A DNA stretch of 32,396 bases, from NCBI GenBank assembly GCA_964489145.1, contig CAZAXL010000003.1:16207-48602 (forward strand), in the 5' to 3' direction. Made by a program: the position numbers and the translations under genes. Within the stretch, counting starts at the first letter, position 1; each line of letters begins with the position of its first letter. Shown here piece by piece: positions 8,792-19,013 of this stretch. A model generated the notes under the pieces. The model was not told the origin of the DNA. It worked only from the letters and a program-made list of their open reading frames with translations, and did not search any database. This DNA is from an uncultured Gammaproteobacteria bacterium. GTDB lineage: Bacteria; Patescibacteriota; Microgenomatia; UBA8517.

Positions 8792-10424
8792 ATGCTGCGT
8801 AACCAACAAGCCCCACCACACTTATGATTGTGATTGCATTAGCAACCATCCTTAAGGGTGTGTTTTCAAACTTGCCCTCTATTTTATACTCACCCGGATT
8901 GAGAGATACCGAAATTCTACCCAAGATATTATTGTAGGAAAAAGGATACATCCTGCCGTCAACATTAACTTTCCAGTTGGGAAAATAGAAAACCGGAATT
9001 TCAATTTCGGCCTTGTTTGCAACCTTGGCCGTAAATTCCCAACTGTTCGAGCGATTAACAAAACCAATCGTTTCCGCCTGACCGGATTTCACAATCGGTT
9101 CTACCGGTGCGGCTTCTCTGGGCTCCAATGCGGTTTTGGGTAAATAGTCCAAAAGCGCCCCTTTCTTTTGCTGATCCCAAAGCTCTCCTGAAAGTTTTTG
9201 TGAATCGTTTACAGAATAAAACACTTTCGGTTTAAAGTAATTCCAATTAAACACTATCGACAAAATAATAATTAAAAGACTGACATAAATCTGCCACTTA
9301 GTTTTTACCACCGAGGCAACAAATCCTCCGAGAAGGGCGGATGTAAAAATTGAAAGAGACAAAAAACGCCAGGGAAATTGGAAATATTTGAGCAAACTTA
9401 TGTTCACCCAAATAAATGTTGATTTGTTGTGTGTCATAAAAACCGACAAGGCAAAAGTTCCCAGGATCAGAGCCACCAAAATTTTCATTTTCTTTTTAAT
9501 TTTTGCCGCAAACAGCAACGGCAAAGATATCGCAGCCAACCACCAATGCGGCCAGCCTACCTGAAAATTCATTCCACCTTCAGGGCCGGGTATAGAAGTA
9601 CCATATCCCCATATGCGGTCAAAAAACAGCTGACTCACTTTTAGGTAGTTGGCGCGGAAATCCAATTCAAAACGAAGCAAAGACTCGGTTTGAACCAGAT
9701 TTTTTTCAAAGAAAGCCGGAAGTATAAAAAAAGCAGATAAACCAATACCCAGCACCATTGGTATCGCCACATTTTTGATATTTTTCCATTTATCCAAAGA
9801 AATCCAGTAAACCAGCCAGGCAATTAAAACAGGTAAGAAAATTAGAACCATAATGTTGTGTGTAATCATAAATATGAAAACGAAAATGGCAAATAAGATG
9901 CCGTATTTTCTCTTTTCTGATGAAGTTGCTAATTTATAGCCAAAATAAAAAACAAACGGAATTAAAGTCAATGCAAGGCTTTCCGCTAGGGCGCCCCTGA
10001 CATAAACATCAAGGGCTTTGTAAGGAGCAAAGAGATAAAGTATTGCCGAAACCACACCCGGTAATTTTCCCCAAAGACTTTTGCCAAGCAGGTAAATTCC
10101 AAAACTACCGGCGGTAAGGGAGATATAAAAAAGTATTTTTGAAGCACCTATAAAACCGGTTAAATAGCTTAAAACGGCGCCAAAATAATATGTTGAAACG
10201 CCATAAAAATTGAATAACGGAAAACCATTTCCCCATCCCATATCGGAAACCCACCGACAAGGAATTTGAAAGTCGGTAAAACACTTGCGCATTTCAAAAA
10301 TCCGGATGATCTGCAGATCATCCTGGTGAGAAAAATAACCGTATCTAAAAAGCGGCCATGTTACCAAAAAACTCAAACCAAAAATAAGCAAATAGGGCCA
10401 GTATTTATTTAGCAGTTTTTTCAT
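8763..10424 (-). CDS. GT-C fold membrane protein, YfhO/PTPS-related family (paralog 2 of 3)
   Basis: QDDLQ, CRWVSDMGWGNGFPLFNFY, YVRGALAE, THN, QFPWRFL, YFPNW. Confidence 0.8.
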   Translation of the reverse strand: MKKLLNKYWPYLLIFGLSFLVTWPLFRYGYFSHQDDLQIIRIFEMRKCFTDFQIPCRWVSDMGWGNGFPLFNFYGVSTYYFGAVLSYLTGFIGASKILFYISLTAGSFGIYLLGKSLWGKLPGVVSAILYLFAPYKALDVYVRGALAESLALTLIPFVFYFGYKLATSSEKRKYGILFAIFVFIFMITHNIMVLIFLPVLIAWLVYWISLDKWKNIKNVAIPMVLGIGLSAFFILPAFFEKNLVQTESLLRFELDFRANYLKVSQLFFDRIWGYGTSIPGPEGGMNFQVGWPHWWLAAISLPLLFAAKIKKKMKILVALILGTFALSVFMTHNKSTFIWVNISLLKYFQFPWRFLSLSIFTSALLGGFVASVVKTKWQIYVSLLIIILSIVFNWNYFKPKVFYSVNDSQKLSGELWDQQKKGALLDYLPKTALEPREAAPVEPIVKSGQAETIGFVNRSNSWEFTAKVANKAEIEIPVFYFPNWKVNVDGRMYPFSYNNILGRISVSLNPGEYKIEGKFENTPLRMVANAITIISVVGLVGYAAYEKNKKRTV

Positions 10425-12075
10425 TCTTCTTAATTATCAACCAAAGAACAACAATAATGCCAGTGAGGGACAAATAGTTTCCAATTTTCCTGACCGGAGT
10501 ATCCGTCAATCTGGTTTCAATGTAATATTTGCCCTCCGGTAATTTAAAGCTGACAAGCCCCAGGCAAAACTCTTCATTTCGACAGTCATCGTGTCCATGA
10601 TTGATAACTACCCCGTTTACCTTAACCTGCATACCTGGAAAGTCAAAAAGCGGCAGGCGAAGCGTTGCATCGGCCGAAACTTCCACATTTCCTGTCTGGA
10701 AATCACTGCCCTTTCGATAATCGGAAAATTCTGCGGTTCCATCCAACACTTCCGGTAAATCGGGGGCAGCTGAGATAGGGGGAAGTTTTGCGTAAATCGG
10801 CAAGTAGTCAAAAATACTTATCGTAAGCTGCTTTTGCCAGAAAACTCCCGAAAACTTTTCAGAATCATTAATAATTAGCCAATCCTTGGGAACATAAAAA
10901 CCAATATTCAAGATAACCGCAGCCAGAAGCACCAACCCTCCTAAAATGCGCTTTCCCTTGGGAATTAAATAAATCGCAATACCCCCCGCAAGACAAAGTA
11001 AAAATATGGAAACAGCCAAAAATCTCCACGGGAATTGCAAATACCATAAAAACGGCAGTTTTGCCCATATAAAACTGGATTTCATATGAATCATAAAAAT
11101 ACTGATTAGACCTGCCGCAGAAATACCCAGAGTCAAAATTGAAATTTTTTTATTTCTTTTTAAATTCATAATTGCCAGTATCGGGGCCGCAACCAGTCCG
11201 AGAATCCATTGGACAGTTCCCAGGGACAGGTTCAGTTTTTCGTTTGGAAATCCGGAAGATCCATATCCCCATTCTCTGGAAATAAAAAGTTTGTACAAAC
11301 TCACAAAATGCTGCCTATAATCAAAATAACCGGATAAAATTCCCTCACTGTGCACAAACTGCTTTTCAAAAAGAACCGGCAAGACAAAAAATGCGGATAA
11401 GCTAAACCCCAACACCCCACCCCAAAATATCTTGCCTAAATTTTTCCACTTACTTTCAAATAACCAAAATAATGCCCAAGCTAGAGCAACCGGAACAAAA
11501 ATCATCGCCATCAGAACATGTGTTGTCATCAGGAAGAAAATAGAAACCGACATCCAAATCAAATATTTAGATTTTCCGGTTTTTATAAGCTTATAAATTG
11601 CCCAGAGAATCAGCGGGAAAAATATCTGTGCCCAAAATTCACTTAAAGCTCCCCTTACATAAACCTCTACTGCCTTATAAGGAATGTACGTATAAAGCAC
11701 TGAAGCAACGAACCCAGGCCATTTACTTTTCAGGAGATCACTTACCAGGACATACATTGTAAGTGCGGAGAGAGCGTAGCCTAAAATAAACAGTATTTTT
11801 ACTACATCGATATACTGAATTCCAACCCTGTGCATGACGGCACCAAGATAATAAGGAAGCGGCGGGTAAAAATTAAACTGGGGGTAGCCATACTGATATC
11901 CGGCATCCGGAACCCATCTGCAGGGAATCTGGAAATCCTCAAAACATTTATCCATCTCATAAACTCTGAACGCCTGAAGGTCATCCTGCATTGGGAAAAA
12001 ACCAGATCTTACCAAATTAAAAAATGTCGGAATAGTCAAAAGTGTAATAAGAATTACCCAAAATATTTTCTTCAT
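10405..12075 (-). CDS. GT-C fold membrane protein, YfhO/PTPS-related family (paralog 3 of 3)
   Basis: QDDLQ, CRWVPDAGYQYGYPQFNFY, YVRGALSE, QFPWRFL, DYLP, DFPGM. Confidence 0.8.
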   Translation of the reverse strand: MKKIFWVILITLLTIPTFFNLVRSGFFPMQDDLQAFRVYEMDKCFEDFQIPCRWVPDAGYQYGYPQFNFYPPLPYYLGAVMHRVGIQYIDVVKILFILGYALSALTMYVLVSDLLKSKWPGFVASVLYTYIPYKAVEVYVRGALSEFWAQIFFPLILWAIYKLIKTGKSKYLIWMSVSIFFLMTTHVLMAMIFVPVALAWALFWLFESKWKNLGKIFWGGVLGFSLSAFFVLPVLFEKQFVHSEGILSGYFDYRQHFVSLYKLFISREWGYGSSGFPNEKLNLSLGTVQWILGLVAAPILAIMNLKRNKKISILTLGISAAGLISIFMIHMKSSFIWAKLPFLWYLQFPWRFLAVSIFLLCLAGGIAIYLIPKGKRILGGLVLLAAVILNIGFYVPKDWLIINDSEKFSGVFWQKQLTISIFDYLPIYAKLPPISAAPDLPEVLDGTAEFSDYRKGSDFQTGNVEVSADATLRLPLFDFPGMQVKVNGVVINHGHDDCRNEEFCLGLVSFKLPEGKYYIETRLTDTPVRKIGNYLSLTGIIVVLWLIIKKNEKTAK

Positions 12076-12080
12076 TTTCT

Positions 12081-13805
12081 TTAGTTTACTTTAAAAATTG
12101 TAACCTCACCATTTTGAAATATTCGTGTTAACCCAAGCTGAGTATCTCCTTGCCTGGCGTGCTGATCTTTTAGCCAATAGACATATGCTATGTTGTTCTC
12201 CTTTAGAAAACCTTTTGCCATATCTATATCCAACGTATTTAGAAAATCCTCAACAGACTTTCTTCTTTCACTCCAGGGATATTGCATGATATCAAGGTTT
12301 ATCTGGTCTTCCAAAAATACTGGCTGCCCCGAAAACGCAGAGACGTAAGCAGTTGATGTATACAGGAAAAGGGGTCTTGGAGCAGGTGCTTTTGCGGACT
12401 TCTCCGCGTCATACGGATATGTCAGGACTACCCCCTTGGGTTGCCCTGACAAAAATTTCAATGCTTCCACCTCACCCATCGGAAGCATCGACTGTGGTTT
12501 GGCCGGCAAGTAGTGCCCCATCGACGCAACAGTTGTCGGAATAGTAAAAAGAACAAACAAGATGATTATTAAACTACGCTTAAGGAGTGGCTGTCTTTTA
12601 ACAAAATTCCACACAGCAATTCCCGCCACTATTCCACTAAAAACCAAAGAGTAGTAGAAAAATTGAATTGTGTTCCAGGGGGTTCCTTTTTGAACAAAAA
12701 AAGTGGGAACAATTATTCCTGCCAAAATCATGACAAACAAAAATACTTCCACCGGCCCTGCGGATAAAAGTGCCTTAGGTTTTTTAAAAAGCGTTCTAAA
12801 AGCAATGATTCTTGTTCCGAAATTTCCGACTATAAAAATAGTAAACGCCAGGGAGTAGGCCAAAATTGCTTTAAGCCATATGTGTCCCATCTTGTAGGTT
12901 GTCATTGCCGAAAATAGTTTTTGCCAATTGAACCTGTCCGTTAGGGTCATCATTGTTTCCAGAAACCAGAAAGGACTATACAAAATCAAACCAACGGAGG
13001 ATTTGTTAAAAGGAATAAACAGGAAAACCGAAACGGCTATAGACAAAAGAGCAATCCACAACAGTGAATAACCTTTCTTTTTGACAATCTGCCAAACCGA
13101 ACCCGCCAAAATTGATGATAAAACCAAAAGACCCGCATACACTTTGATAAAAATTGATATGCCAAAAAAGAAAATGGTCAAAAAAAGGAAAACCGTTGAT
13201 TTATTCTTTAAATATTTCAGGAGAAAAATAAGCCCTGAAAGAATTGTTATCAAAGAAAGTGCGAATGGCGGATTAATAAGTGTTGAGATTGATTGCTGCG
13301 CCCAAAACATGCTCTCACCACCCCAACCTTGCCCTCTGAAAAGTGAGATCAGCCATCCGAAACTCCCACCAAAATATACAAAAAATACGGCCAGTAGAGA
13401 TTCTCCTTCCGACTTTCTCCAAAGATATACAAATTTGTATACAAGAAGTCCTATCAGGAGTGCTAATACCGGAGGTATTATTTGAAAATACAGGAAAGAC
13501 GGCGTGATACCGGTTAATTTCACAATCCACGACAGCAATAGATCAAAACCAAGATGATAATTCTGAATTCCCCATCCCGCAAAGGTTGGCATCTGAAAAT
13601 TGCCTGCAGCAAAATTATTAATCAAGGCCAGGTGCCAAATACCATCATGCCCGTTCGCTCCCCAAAAACCAAGGCCACCAGTACATCCGATGTTCCAACA
13701 AAGTCCGGATCTAACCATGACCAATGACCACGTAATTGTGCCTGCCAAAATAAGGATGGCCGCCTTACTTTTTTGCAAAAATTGTTTTAAAGCTTCTTTT
13801 AGCAT
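12081..13805 (-). CDS. Multi-pass membrane protein, probable GT-C glycosyltransferase ('HDGxWH' type), paralog of 3540..5372
   Basis: FWGANGHDGIWHLAL...PTFAG...NYH, GGESMFWA, KVYAG, NTIQF. Confidence 0.75.
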   Translation of the reverse strand: MLKEALKQFLQKSKAAILILAGTITWSLVMVRSGLCWNIGCTGGLGFWGANGHDGIWHLALINNFAAGNFQMPTFAGWGIQNYHLGFDLLLSWIVKLTGITPSFLYFQIIPPVLALLIGLLVYKFVYLWRKSEGESLLAVFFVYFGGSFGWLISLFRGQGWGGESMFWAQQSISTLINPPFALSLITILSGLIFLLKYLKNKSTVFLFLTIFFFGISIFIKVYAGLLVLSSILAGSVWQIVKKKGYSLLWIALLSIAVSVFLFIPFNKSSVGLILYSPFWFLETMMTLTDRFNWQKLFSAMTTYKMGHIWLKAILAYSLAFTIFIVGNFGTRIIAFRTLFKKPKALLSAGPVEVFLFVMILAGIIVPTFFVQKGTPWNTIQFFYYSLVFSGIVAGIAVWNFVKRQPLLKRSLIIILFVLFTIPTTVASMGHYLPAKPQSMLPMGEVEALKFLSGQPKGVVLTYPYDAEKSAKAPAPRPLFLYTSTAYVSAFSGQPVFLEDQINLDIMQYPWSERRKSVEDFLNTLDIDMAKGFLKENNIAYVYWLKDQHARQGDTQLGLTRIFQNGEVTIFKVN

Positions 13806-15261
13806 CTTCGATAAGGCTAAGCCCGACCATGGAAATCATTGAGGTAATATATACAACCGCACCGATTGCAATGAGCTCTTCCATCGAGGTCAAAGTAACA
13901 GGTAAAAATCTGCGCGCAATTATAAGCACCACACTCATAACCATTGTACCGACTGCCGGCTTTATCATTGAGTCGGTAATCGAAAAATTAACGTATTTTT
14001 TGGTGATAAATATTGCCACAACTGATGAAGCCCCTACCAATGCATAGCCAATCGCGGCACCGATTACACTAAACTTAATTGCCAGAATAGGAATAAAGGC
14101 CCAAGTGAGAACCGTCCACATTATCATCAGATAGAAAGTGATTTTAATTTTTCCGATTGCATTGAGAAGATTTGTCAGCTGAGTTGTTGCTGCAGCAAAA
14201 ACAAAATTAATAGAAATAAAAACAATCGGAACCAAGGCGGGGGTCCATTGATTGTATCTTGGTATAACCTGTATCAGGATAGGAGCCAAAATTGAAATGC
14301 CGGCCAGACTTGGAAAAACCAAAAGACAAATAAAGAATATTGATCTTGTGACGCTTCTTTCAAGATCTGCCTTTGAATCCTGCATCCTGGAAAACGCCGG
14401 GAATGTTACGCGGGTAACAGTGTCCATAAAAAACGTAAGCGGAAATCTGGCAACTTTTTGGGCAAAGGAAAGGACTCCAACCCCGACCGGGCCCAAAATA
14501 CTCCCCAAAACCAGTGTCATTCCGTCGTCTTTAAAAGTCGCCAGAAAAGTATTGATTTGGTATGGGATTCCGAATTTGAAAAGTTCCGACAAAGTTTTTC
14601 CGGAAAACGCAATACCGGGCTTCCATGGTTGAAGAATATAGATTGTTATAAGTCCTACAATTCCGCGGGCAAGAATGGCAACCGTAAAACTTTTAAGTCC
14701 AAACCCTTTCATCGCCAAAAAAACCAGAATAACGTTATAGACAACCTGTTCCAGAATTTGAGGAAATGCCAATTTTACAAATTCAAGTTTCCGCTCCAAA
14801 AGAACCGATGGGATACTTTTCAACGAGGAAAAAAGAAGTGAGGCAGCAAGAGCATACAAAAGTATTTGCCCATCATTATCAAGGGAAAATTTTTGGGTAA
14901 AAAACGGACTTAAAAGAAAAACAACTGCAATTATTGCAATTACCAAGAGCTGTTGAACAAGAAAGGTTGTTTTCAAATCCGTATCTGTTGGTCTGTCTTT
15001 TTTCTGGATAAGGGCTGCGGCAAGGCCTACATCGGAAAAATAGACTAAAAAATTAATTATTGCAGAAACTATCGCGAAAACTCCAAATTCATACTTGCCT
15101 AAATAGGCAAACAAGAAAAGTTGGGCAACAAGAGCAATAACCTGAAGTAAAAATGTTCTCCCCGTGAGGACTACCACTCCCCGCACGGAACGCTTTTTCA
15201 CGGTTTCCAGGGATATTTCTGTAGTCGGGTCCAGATGAGAGTCTGTATCTTCTGCATTCAT
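13765..15261 (-). CDS. wzx: Oligosaccharide flippase, Wzx/MOP superfamily (WzxC-like)
   Basis: 498 aa with ~12-14 TM. Has EFGVFAI, SDVGLAAALIQ, LERKLEF, LFKFG and RVTFPAFSRMQ, typical of WzxC-like exporters. Confidence 0.88.
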   Translation of the reverse strand: MNAEDTDSHLDPTTEISLETVKKRSVRGVVVLTGRTFLLQVIALVAQLFLFAYLGKYEFGVFAIVSAIINFLVYFSDVGLAAALIQKKDRPTDTDLKTTFLVQQLLVIAIIAVVFLLSPFFTQKFSLDNDGQILLYALAASLLFSSLKSIPSVLLERKLEFVKLAFPQILEQVVYNVILVFLAMKGFGLKSFTVAILARGIVGLITIYILQPWKPGIAFSGKTLSELFKFGIPYQINTFLATFKDDGMTLVLGSILGPVGVGVLSFAQKVARFPLTFFMDTVTRVTFPAFSRMQDSKADLERSVTRSIFFICLLVFPSLAGISILAPILIQVIPRYNQWTPALVPIVFISINFVFAAATTQLTNLLNAIGKIKITFYLMIMWTVLTWAFIPILAIKFSVIGAAIGYALVGASSVVAIFITKKYVNFSITDSMIKPAVGTMVMSVVLIIARRFLPVTLTSMEELIAIGAVVYITSMISMVGLSLIEDAKRSFKTIFAKK

Positions 15262-15268
15262 AGTCTAA

Positions 15269-15277
15269 ATTTTACCA
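15269..15277 (-). promoter_or_regulatory. Extended -10 promoter (TGgTAAAAT), leaderless
   Basis: Minus-strand TG-G-TAAAAT ends 7 nt before the wzx ATG at 15261, within a 24-bp gap. Confidence 0.65.
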
Positions 15278-15285
15278 CGTTGTGA

Positions 15286-16671
15286 TTATTTCAACCCCTC
15301 CCAACGTAAACCGATCCCATCCACCCCCATCATAGGTTCTATTCCTTTATATCCGGATGGAGCAACTATCGTAAAAATTCTTTGTTGATTTTTAAGAGGT
15401 GGTGTATCCGGTTTGGCATTGTAATACTCAAAAATATATGAGTAGCCGAAACCATACCCCAATTCAGTACTCAGAGAAACTCCATAACCGCTTTTTCCTC
15501 CCCTTTTAACAATCTCTTGGACGATTTGTTCTTTTGCGTGAAGATTCATTGGTTTATATATAAAAATAAAACTTTTAACATTCAGAAACGAAAAAATACC
15601 AATAATCAGAAAAACCACAAATTTATTTTTAATCGTCGAAAACATAAATCCCAAAAGAATCAAAAAAGGAATTACTGCAGTCATCAAATAGTATTCGGAA
15701 AAATTTGCTTTATAAAAAAGAAAAATGAAGAATGGAATAAAAAGAAAAAGATTGGAAAGAATAAGAAGCGGACGATAACTTTTATTTCTGAATATTCCCC
15801 AAAAAGAATATGAGACAGTGATGACAAAAATTAGACAGCTTACCGGAATTGAAAAATGCAACCAGAGGATATTCGTTGAATTCGAAACGAGTGTAGTCAC
15901 AATCTTCGCCACCGGAGAAGTTAACCCTTCTCGTCCCAGAGAAAAAATTGATAAAAGTCTTTGAAAATTAATAAATCCGTTAAATAAATCGAAAATAAAA
16001 ACAGGCAAAACTGAAAGGATAACGATCAAGAAAGTTATTATTATATTTTTCTTTTCTAGAACCGGACGGTAGATAAGTAAATAAATCGCAACCGGCAAGA
16101 TGAGCAAAAAGACTGCAAAGTGTGATTGAAAACCTATTGCCAAACCGAGAGCCGCAATTGGCAAACCGTATTTTTTTGAACTTGATAAATATATTCCGTA
16201 GAAAGTGATGATTTCCGATAAATAAAACAACGAAGGGGCCCAGGGATTTTGATCCCACGAAATAAAACTGACAGACAAAGCCGAAATGAAAGATAGGATA
16301 AGTCCAACATTTTCCGAAAATATTTTTCTTGCGACTAAATAAATACCCACAATAAAAAGTATTCCCAAAAATACGGAAAGGTAGGCTCCTGATATTGGAT
16401 TTCCCTTTAAAAAGAAAGCGAATACCGCCCAAAGATAGGTGAACCCAGGCCCTATGGAAAAACCTCCAAGGCTTGTTTTAGGTCCCAAAAGTACGGGATT
16501 TCCGGACAGAATCTCTTTTGCTTTAAACGCAATTTCCTCCTGATCCGCGTCAAAGGAAACCCGTTCTTCCAACAAATAAAGCCTGAGAAACACCGCCAAA
16601 GCGGCTATCAGAACAATGGGGAAGTATTTTCTAAGGGTTTCCTGAATTGGCTTTATTTTTAAGCGCTTCAT
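15286..16671 (-). CDS. GT-C fold glycosyltransferase, ArnT/PMT_2-like ('LLGP' subtype)
   Basis: LRLY...FDADQ, LLGPKTS, GPGF.YL, WAP, QSH. Paralog of 24915.. and 27375... Confidence 0.82.
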   Translation of the reverse strand: MKRLKIKPIQETLRKYFPIVLIAALAVFLRLYLLEERVSFDADQEEIAFKAKEILSGNPVLLGPKTSLGGFSIGPGFTYLWAVFAFFLKGNPISGAYLSVFLGILFIVGIYLVARKIFSENVGLILSFISALSVSFISWDQNPWAPSLFYLSEIITFYGIYLSSSKKYGLPIAALGLAIGFQSHFAVFLLILPVAIYLLIYRPVLEKKNIIITFLIVILSVLPVFIFDLFNGFINFQRLLSIFSLGREGLTSPVAKIVTTLVSNSTNILWLHFSIPVSCLIFVITVSYSFWGIFRNKSYRPLLILSNLFLFIPFFIFLFYKANFSEYYLMTAVIPFLILLGFMFSTIKNKFVVFLIIGIFSFLNVKSFIFIYKPMNLHAKEQIVQEIVKRGGKSGYGVSLSTELGYGFGYSYIFEYYNAKPDTPPLKNQQRIFTIVAPSGYKGIEPMMGVDGIGLRWEGLK

Positions 16672-18193
16672 TTGTCACCTCAAATAAAAGCAGTGAATCA
16701 CAGGTGCCGTCGGGTTTTTGAGCTTTGGGAAACTCTTTAACTTTTGTTAATCCCAGATACAGGGAATTGCCGGAAAATCTCGAGGCATTAACCAAAAGAT
16801 ATGTCTTATCCCCGAATTTCTTGGAGCCAAGGAGTTGTGGTGGCACATTGTCAAAACTTAGCCCCACCCCTATTGCCGTAATTTGGGGAGATTCCTCAAG
16901 ATACATTTGAAGACCGTCAGGAAGCGTTCCAAAATACCCCTCCGTGCCAATTACAATTTTTTCCTCCGGATTTAATATCTGTTTTTGAATAAGATAATCA
17001 GCGGTCTCCTTAATGCCTTGTCCTGCTGTCCACTCTTCAAGATATCCGGATCTTTCGCTACGGGGCAGATTGGCCTTGGCAGGATTTACCAAAAGTTGAT
17101 AGTCAAAGACTAATGATTGGCTAACAAAAAACGCCAATATCAAGGCTAAAATCTTTACTACATTTTTACGTTCTTCAAGAAATGCCGAGGCCGCAATGAT
17201 AACCAAAAACGGAATTGTAAAGAAAATATACCGTGCGGTAAAGACTTTGGCAAATTCCGATTGAACAATAATCGGTCCCAAAAACCAAATTGTTAAAACA
17301 ACTATTTGTTTCCAGTTTTTCTTCCAATTAACCAATAGGCCGGTTAAACCTAGAGCCAGCAGTGGCCATGGTCCCATTTTCACCAACCATTGCCACGATG
17401 CCAAAAGGAATGGTTTAAGTGGATCCAGTGGACTCACCAAAAAATGGTTGATCGGATAAACGTAGTCCAGATTTCTTGAAGCTATCAGGTGAAAATTGGG
17501 TCCAAGACGAAGAATATTAAACATTCCGTAGCCGATTGCCAAAATAACCAGAGATAGGGATAGGGCTTTGAAAAAAATGAAAACATTTTTTCTAAAACCT
17601 TTTGCCCAATTTATAAATAACCAAAGTGTCGGAATCATAATTGCAAAAAAAAGTGCCGGAGATTTGGTGAGCCATGCCCCCCCGAGGGTAAACCCGGCAA
17701 ACATTGCAAAATCCAATCTCCCCTTGGTAAACGCAAGATGGGCGAAAATAAATGTCCAGACGCCAAACATCGCAAGCATGGCATCAACAAGTGCCATCCG
17801 GTCAAAGAAAAATGAAAAAGGAGAAACTGCATAAATTAAACTTGCAGCGAGAGCAACTCTTTTGTTTTTAAACAAAAGGTATGACAAATATGAAACTCCA
17901 ATCATCGTTCCAAAACCTGAAAGAATAGACACAGTTCTTCCGGCAACAAGAGGGTCACGAATAAATTTCAAAAACGGAATCATCACCCACATAAAGAAAG
18001 GCTGTTTTCCATCGGATAAAGGCAAAAATCGAAGGGTTTCTTCTGCCCGCATGACCTGCGCCCATCTTATGTAAATTGCCTCATCGGCAAAAACAGGAAG
18101 GATTGTTAAATTGTAAAAGCGGAGAAAAAAAAGAAGTAAAACCAAAAGCACACCTGTCAGATAAAGCCAATTATTTTTGAGGAAAGGGATCAT
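16631..18193 (-). CDS. GT-C fold glycosyltransferase, ArnT/PMT_2-like
   Basis: LRFYNL..LPVFADEAIY, DGKQP, SPF.FFFDRMALVD, TK, ARY. Start placed at ATG 18193 (ATGA overlap); 18205 is an alternative. Confidence 0.82.
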   Translation of the reverse strand: MIPFLKNNWLYLTGVLLVLLLFFLRFYNLTILPVFADEAIYIRWAQVMRAEETLRFLPLSDGKQPFFMWVMIPFLKFIRDPLVAGRTVSILSGFGTMIGVSYLSYLLFKNKRVALAASLIYAVSPFSFFFDRMALVDAMLAMFGVWTFIFAHLAFTKGRLDFAMFAGFTLGGAWLTKSPALFFAIMIPTLWLFINWAKGFRKNVFIFFKALSLSLVILAIGYGMFNILRLGPNFHLIASRNLDYVYPINHFLVSPLDPLKPFLLASWQWLVKMGPWPLLALGLTGLLVNWKKNWKQIVVLTIWFLGPIIVQSEFAKVFTARYIFFTIPFLVIIAASAFLEERKNVVKILALILAFFVSQSLVFDYQLLVNPAKANLPRSERSGYLEEWTAGQGIKETADYLIQKQILNPEEKIVIGTEGYFGTLPDGLQMYLEESPQITAIGVGLSFDNVPPQLLGSKKFGDKTYLLVNASRFSGNSLYLGLTKVKEFPKAQKPDGTCDSLLLFEVTNEALKNKANSGNP

Positions 18194-19005
18194 TTTTTTT
18201 GCCATTTCTGACCTGTCCAAAGGATTGCATTAAGTATATAGTGTTTTAAAATTCCGTGATAGATCTTGCTCGATGGAATCAACTTTTTCCATCTTTGCCC
18301 TTCATCGGCAAATTTTTTGAAAGTTGCCCCGTGATAATGAGTAATTACGGAGTCCGGTAGATAGTATACTTTTAATCCCTTTTTCCAAACCTGCCTGCAA
18401 TAATCTATATCTTCAAAATATGCAAAGTAGCGTTCATCCAAGATACCGACTCTACTCCTCGCCTCAGGAGTTATTAAAAAAGCCGCGCCAACAACAGAAT
18501 CCACAGCAACAGGCTTCTCACCAATCGGCGCAAATTTTTCAAAAAGACCTTTTTGTCCGAACCAATATTCTTTTATAGCGTTTCCAATTGTCGGAAAATT
18601 ATAGCAGGACATCTGTAAAGTCCCGTCTATATTTAAAAGTTTTGATCCGATTACTCCGGCGTCAGGCGTAGCTTTTGCAAATCTTAATAAACTCTGAAGA
18701 GCATGTTCATGAACAACCGTATCGCTATTTAAAAGCAAAATATATTTTCCTTTTGCCCTATTAATTCCCTGATTATTGGCCTTTGCATATCCCGCATTAC
18801 TGTCGTTTAAAATTAAAGTAAGTCTATCCCTCCAAAATTTTTCTCCTTTTATTTTTTTGAACGCTTCGGTCGACCCGTCGCTGCTGCCGTTATCCGTCAA
18901 AAGCACTTCAAAAAATAAGTCTTTTCCCTGTTTTTCAATTGATCTAAGACATTCAACGGTTAAGTCTTTTGTATTAAAGTTAACAATAACAATTGAGAGT
19001 TCCAT
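18190..19005 (-). CDS. GT2 glycosyltransferase (WbbL/rhamnosyltransferase-like subfamily)
   Basis: SIVIVNFN, DNGSSDGS, GYAKANNQG, LLNSD, GAAFL, DERYFAYFEDID. ATG at 19005 preferred over TTG 19017. Confidence 0.88.
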   Translation of the reverse strand: MELSIVIVNFNTKDLTVECLRSIEKQGKDLFFEVLLTDNGSSDGSTEAFKKIKGEKFWRDRLTLILNDSNAGYAKANNQGINRAKGKYILLLNSDTVVHEHALQSLLRFAKATPDAGVIGSKLLNIDGTLQMSCYNFPTIGNAIKEYWFGQKGLFEKFAPIGEKPVAVDSVVGAAFLITPEARSRVGILDERYFAYFEDIDYCRQVWKKGLKVYYLPDSVITHYHGATFKKFADEGQRWKKLIPSSKIYHGILKHYILNAILWTGQKWQKK

Positions 19006-19013
19006 ATCAATTA

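Noticed and set aside
7127-12075. Pterin biosynthesis function implied by the 'PTPS-related' family name
   Set aside because: These are multi-pass membrane proteins with GT-C-type motifs, not the small soluble T-fold enzyme.
17644-18200. A/T homopolymer runs of 8-9 nt as phase-variation tracts
   Set aside because: Expected in AT-rich Lys/Phe-rich genes. All frames are intact and there are no long G/C tracts.
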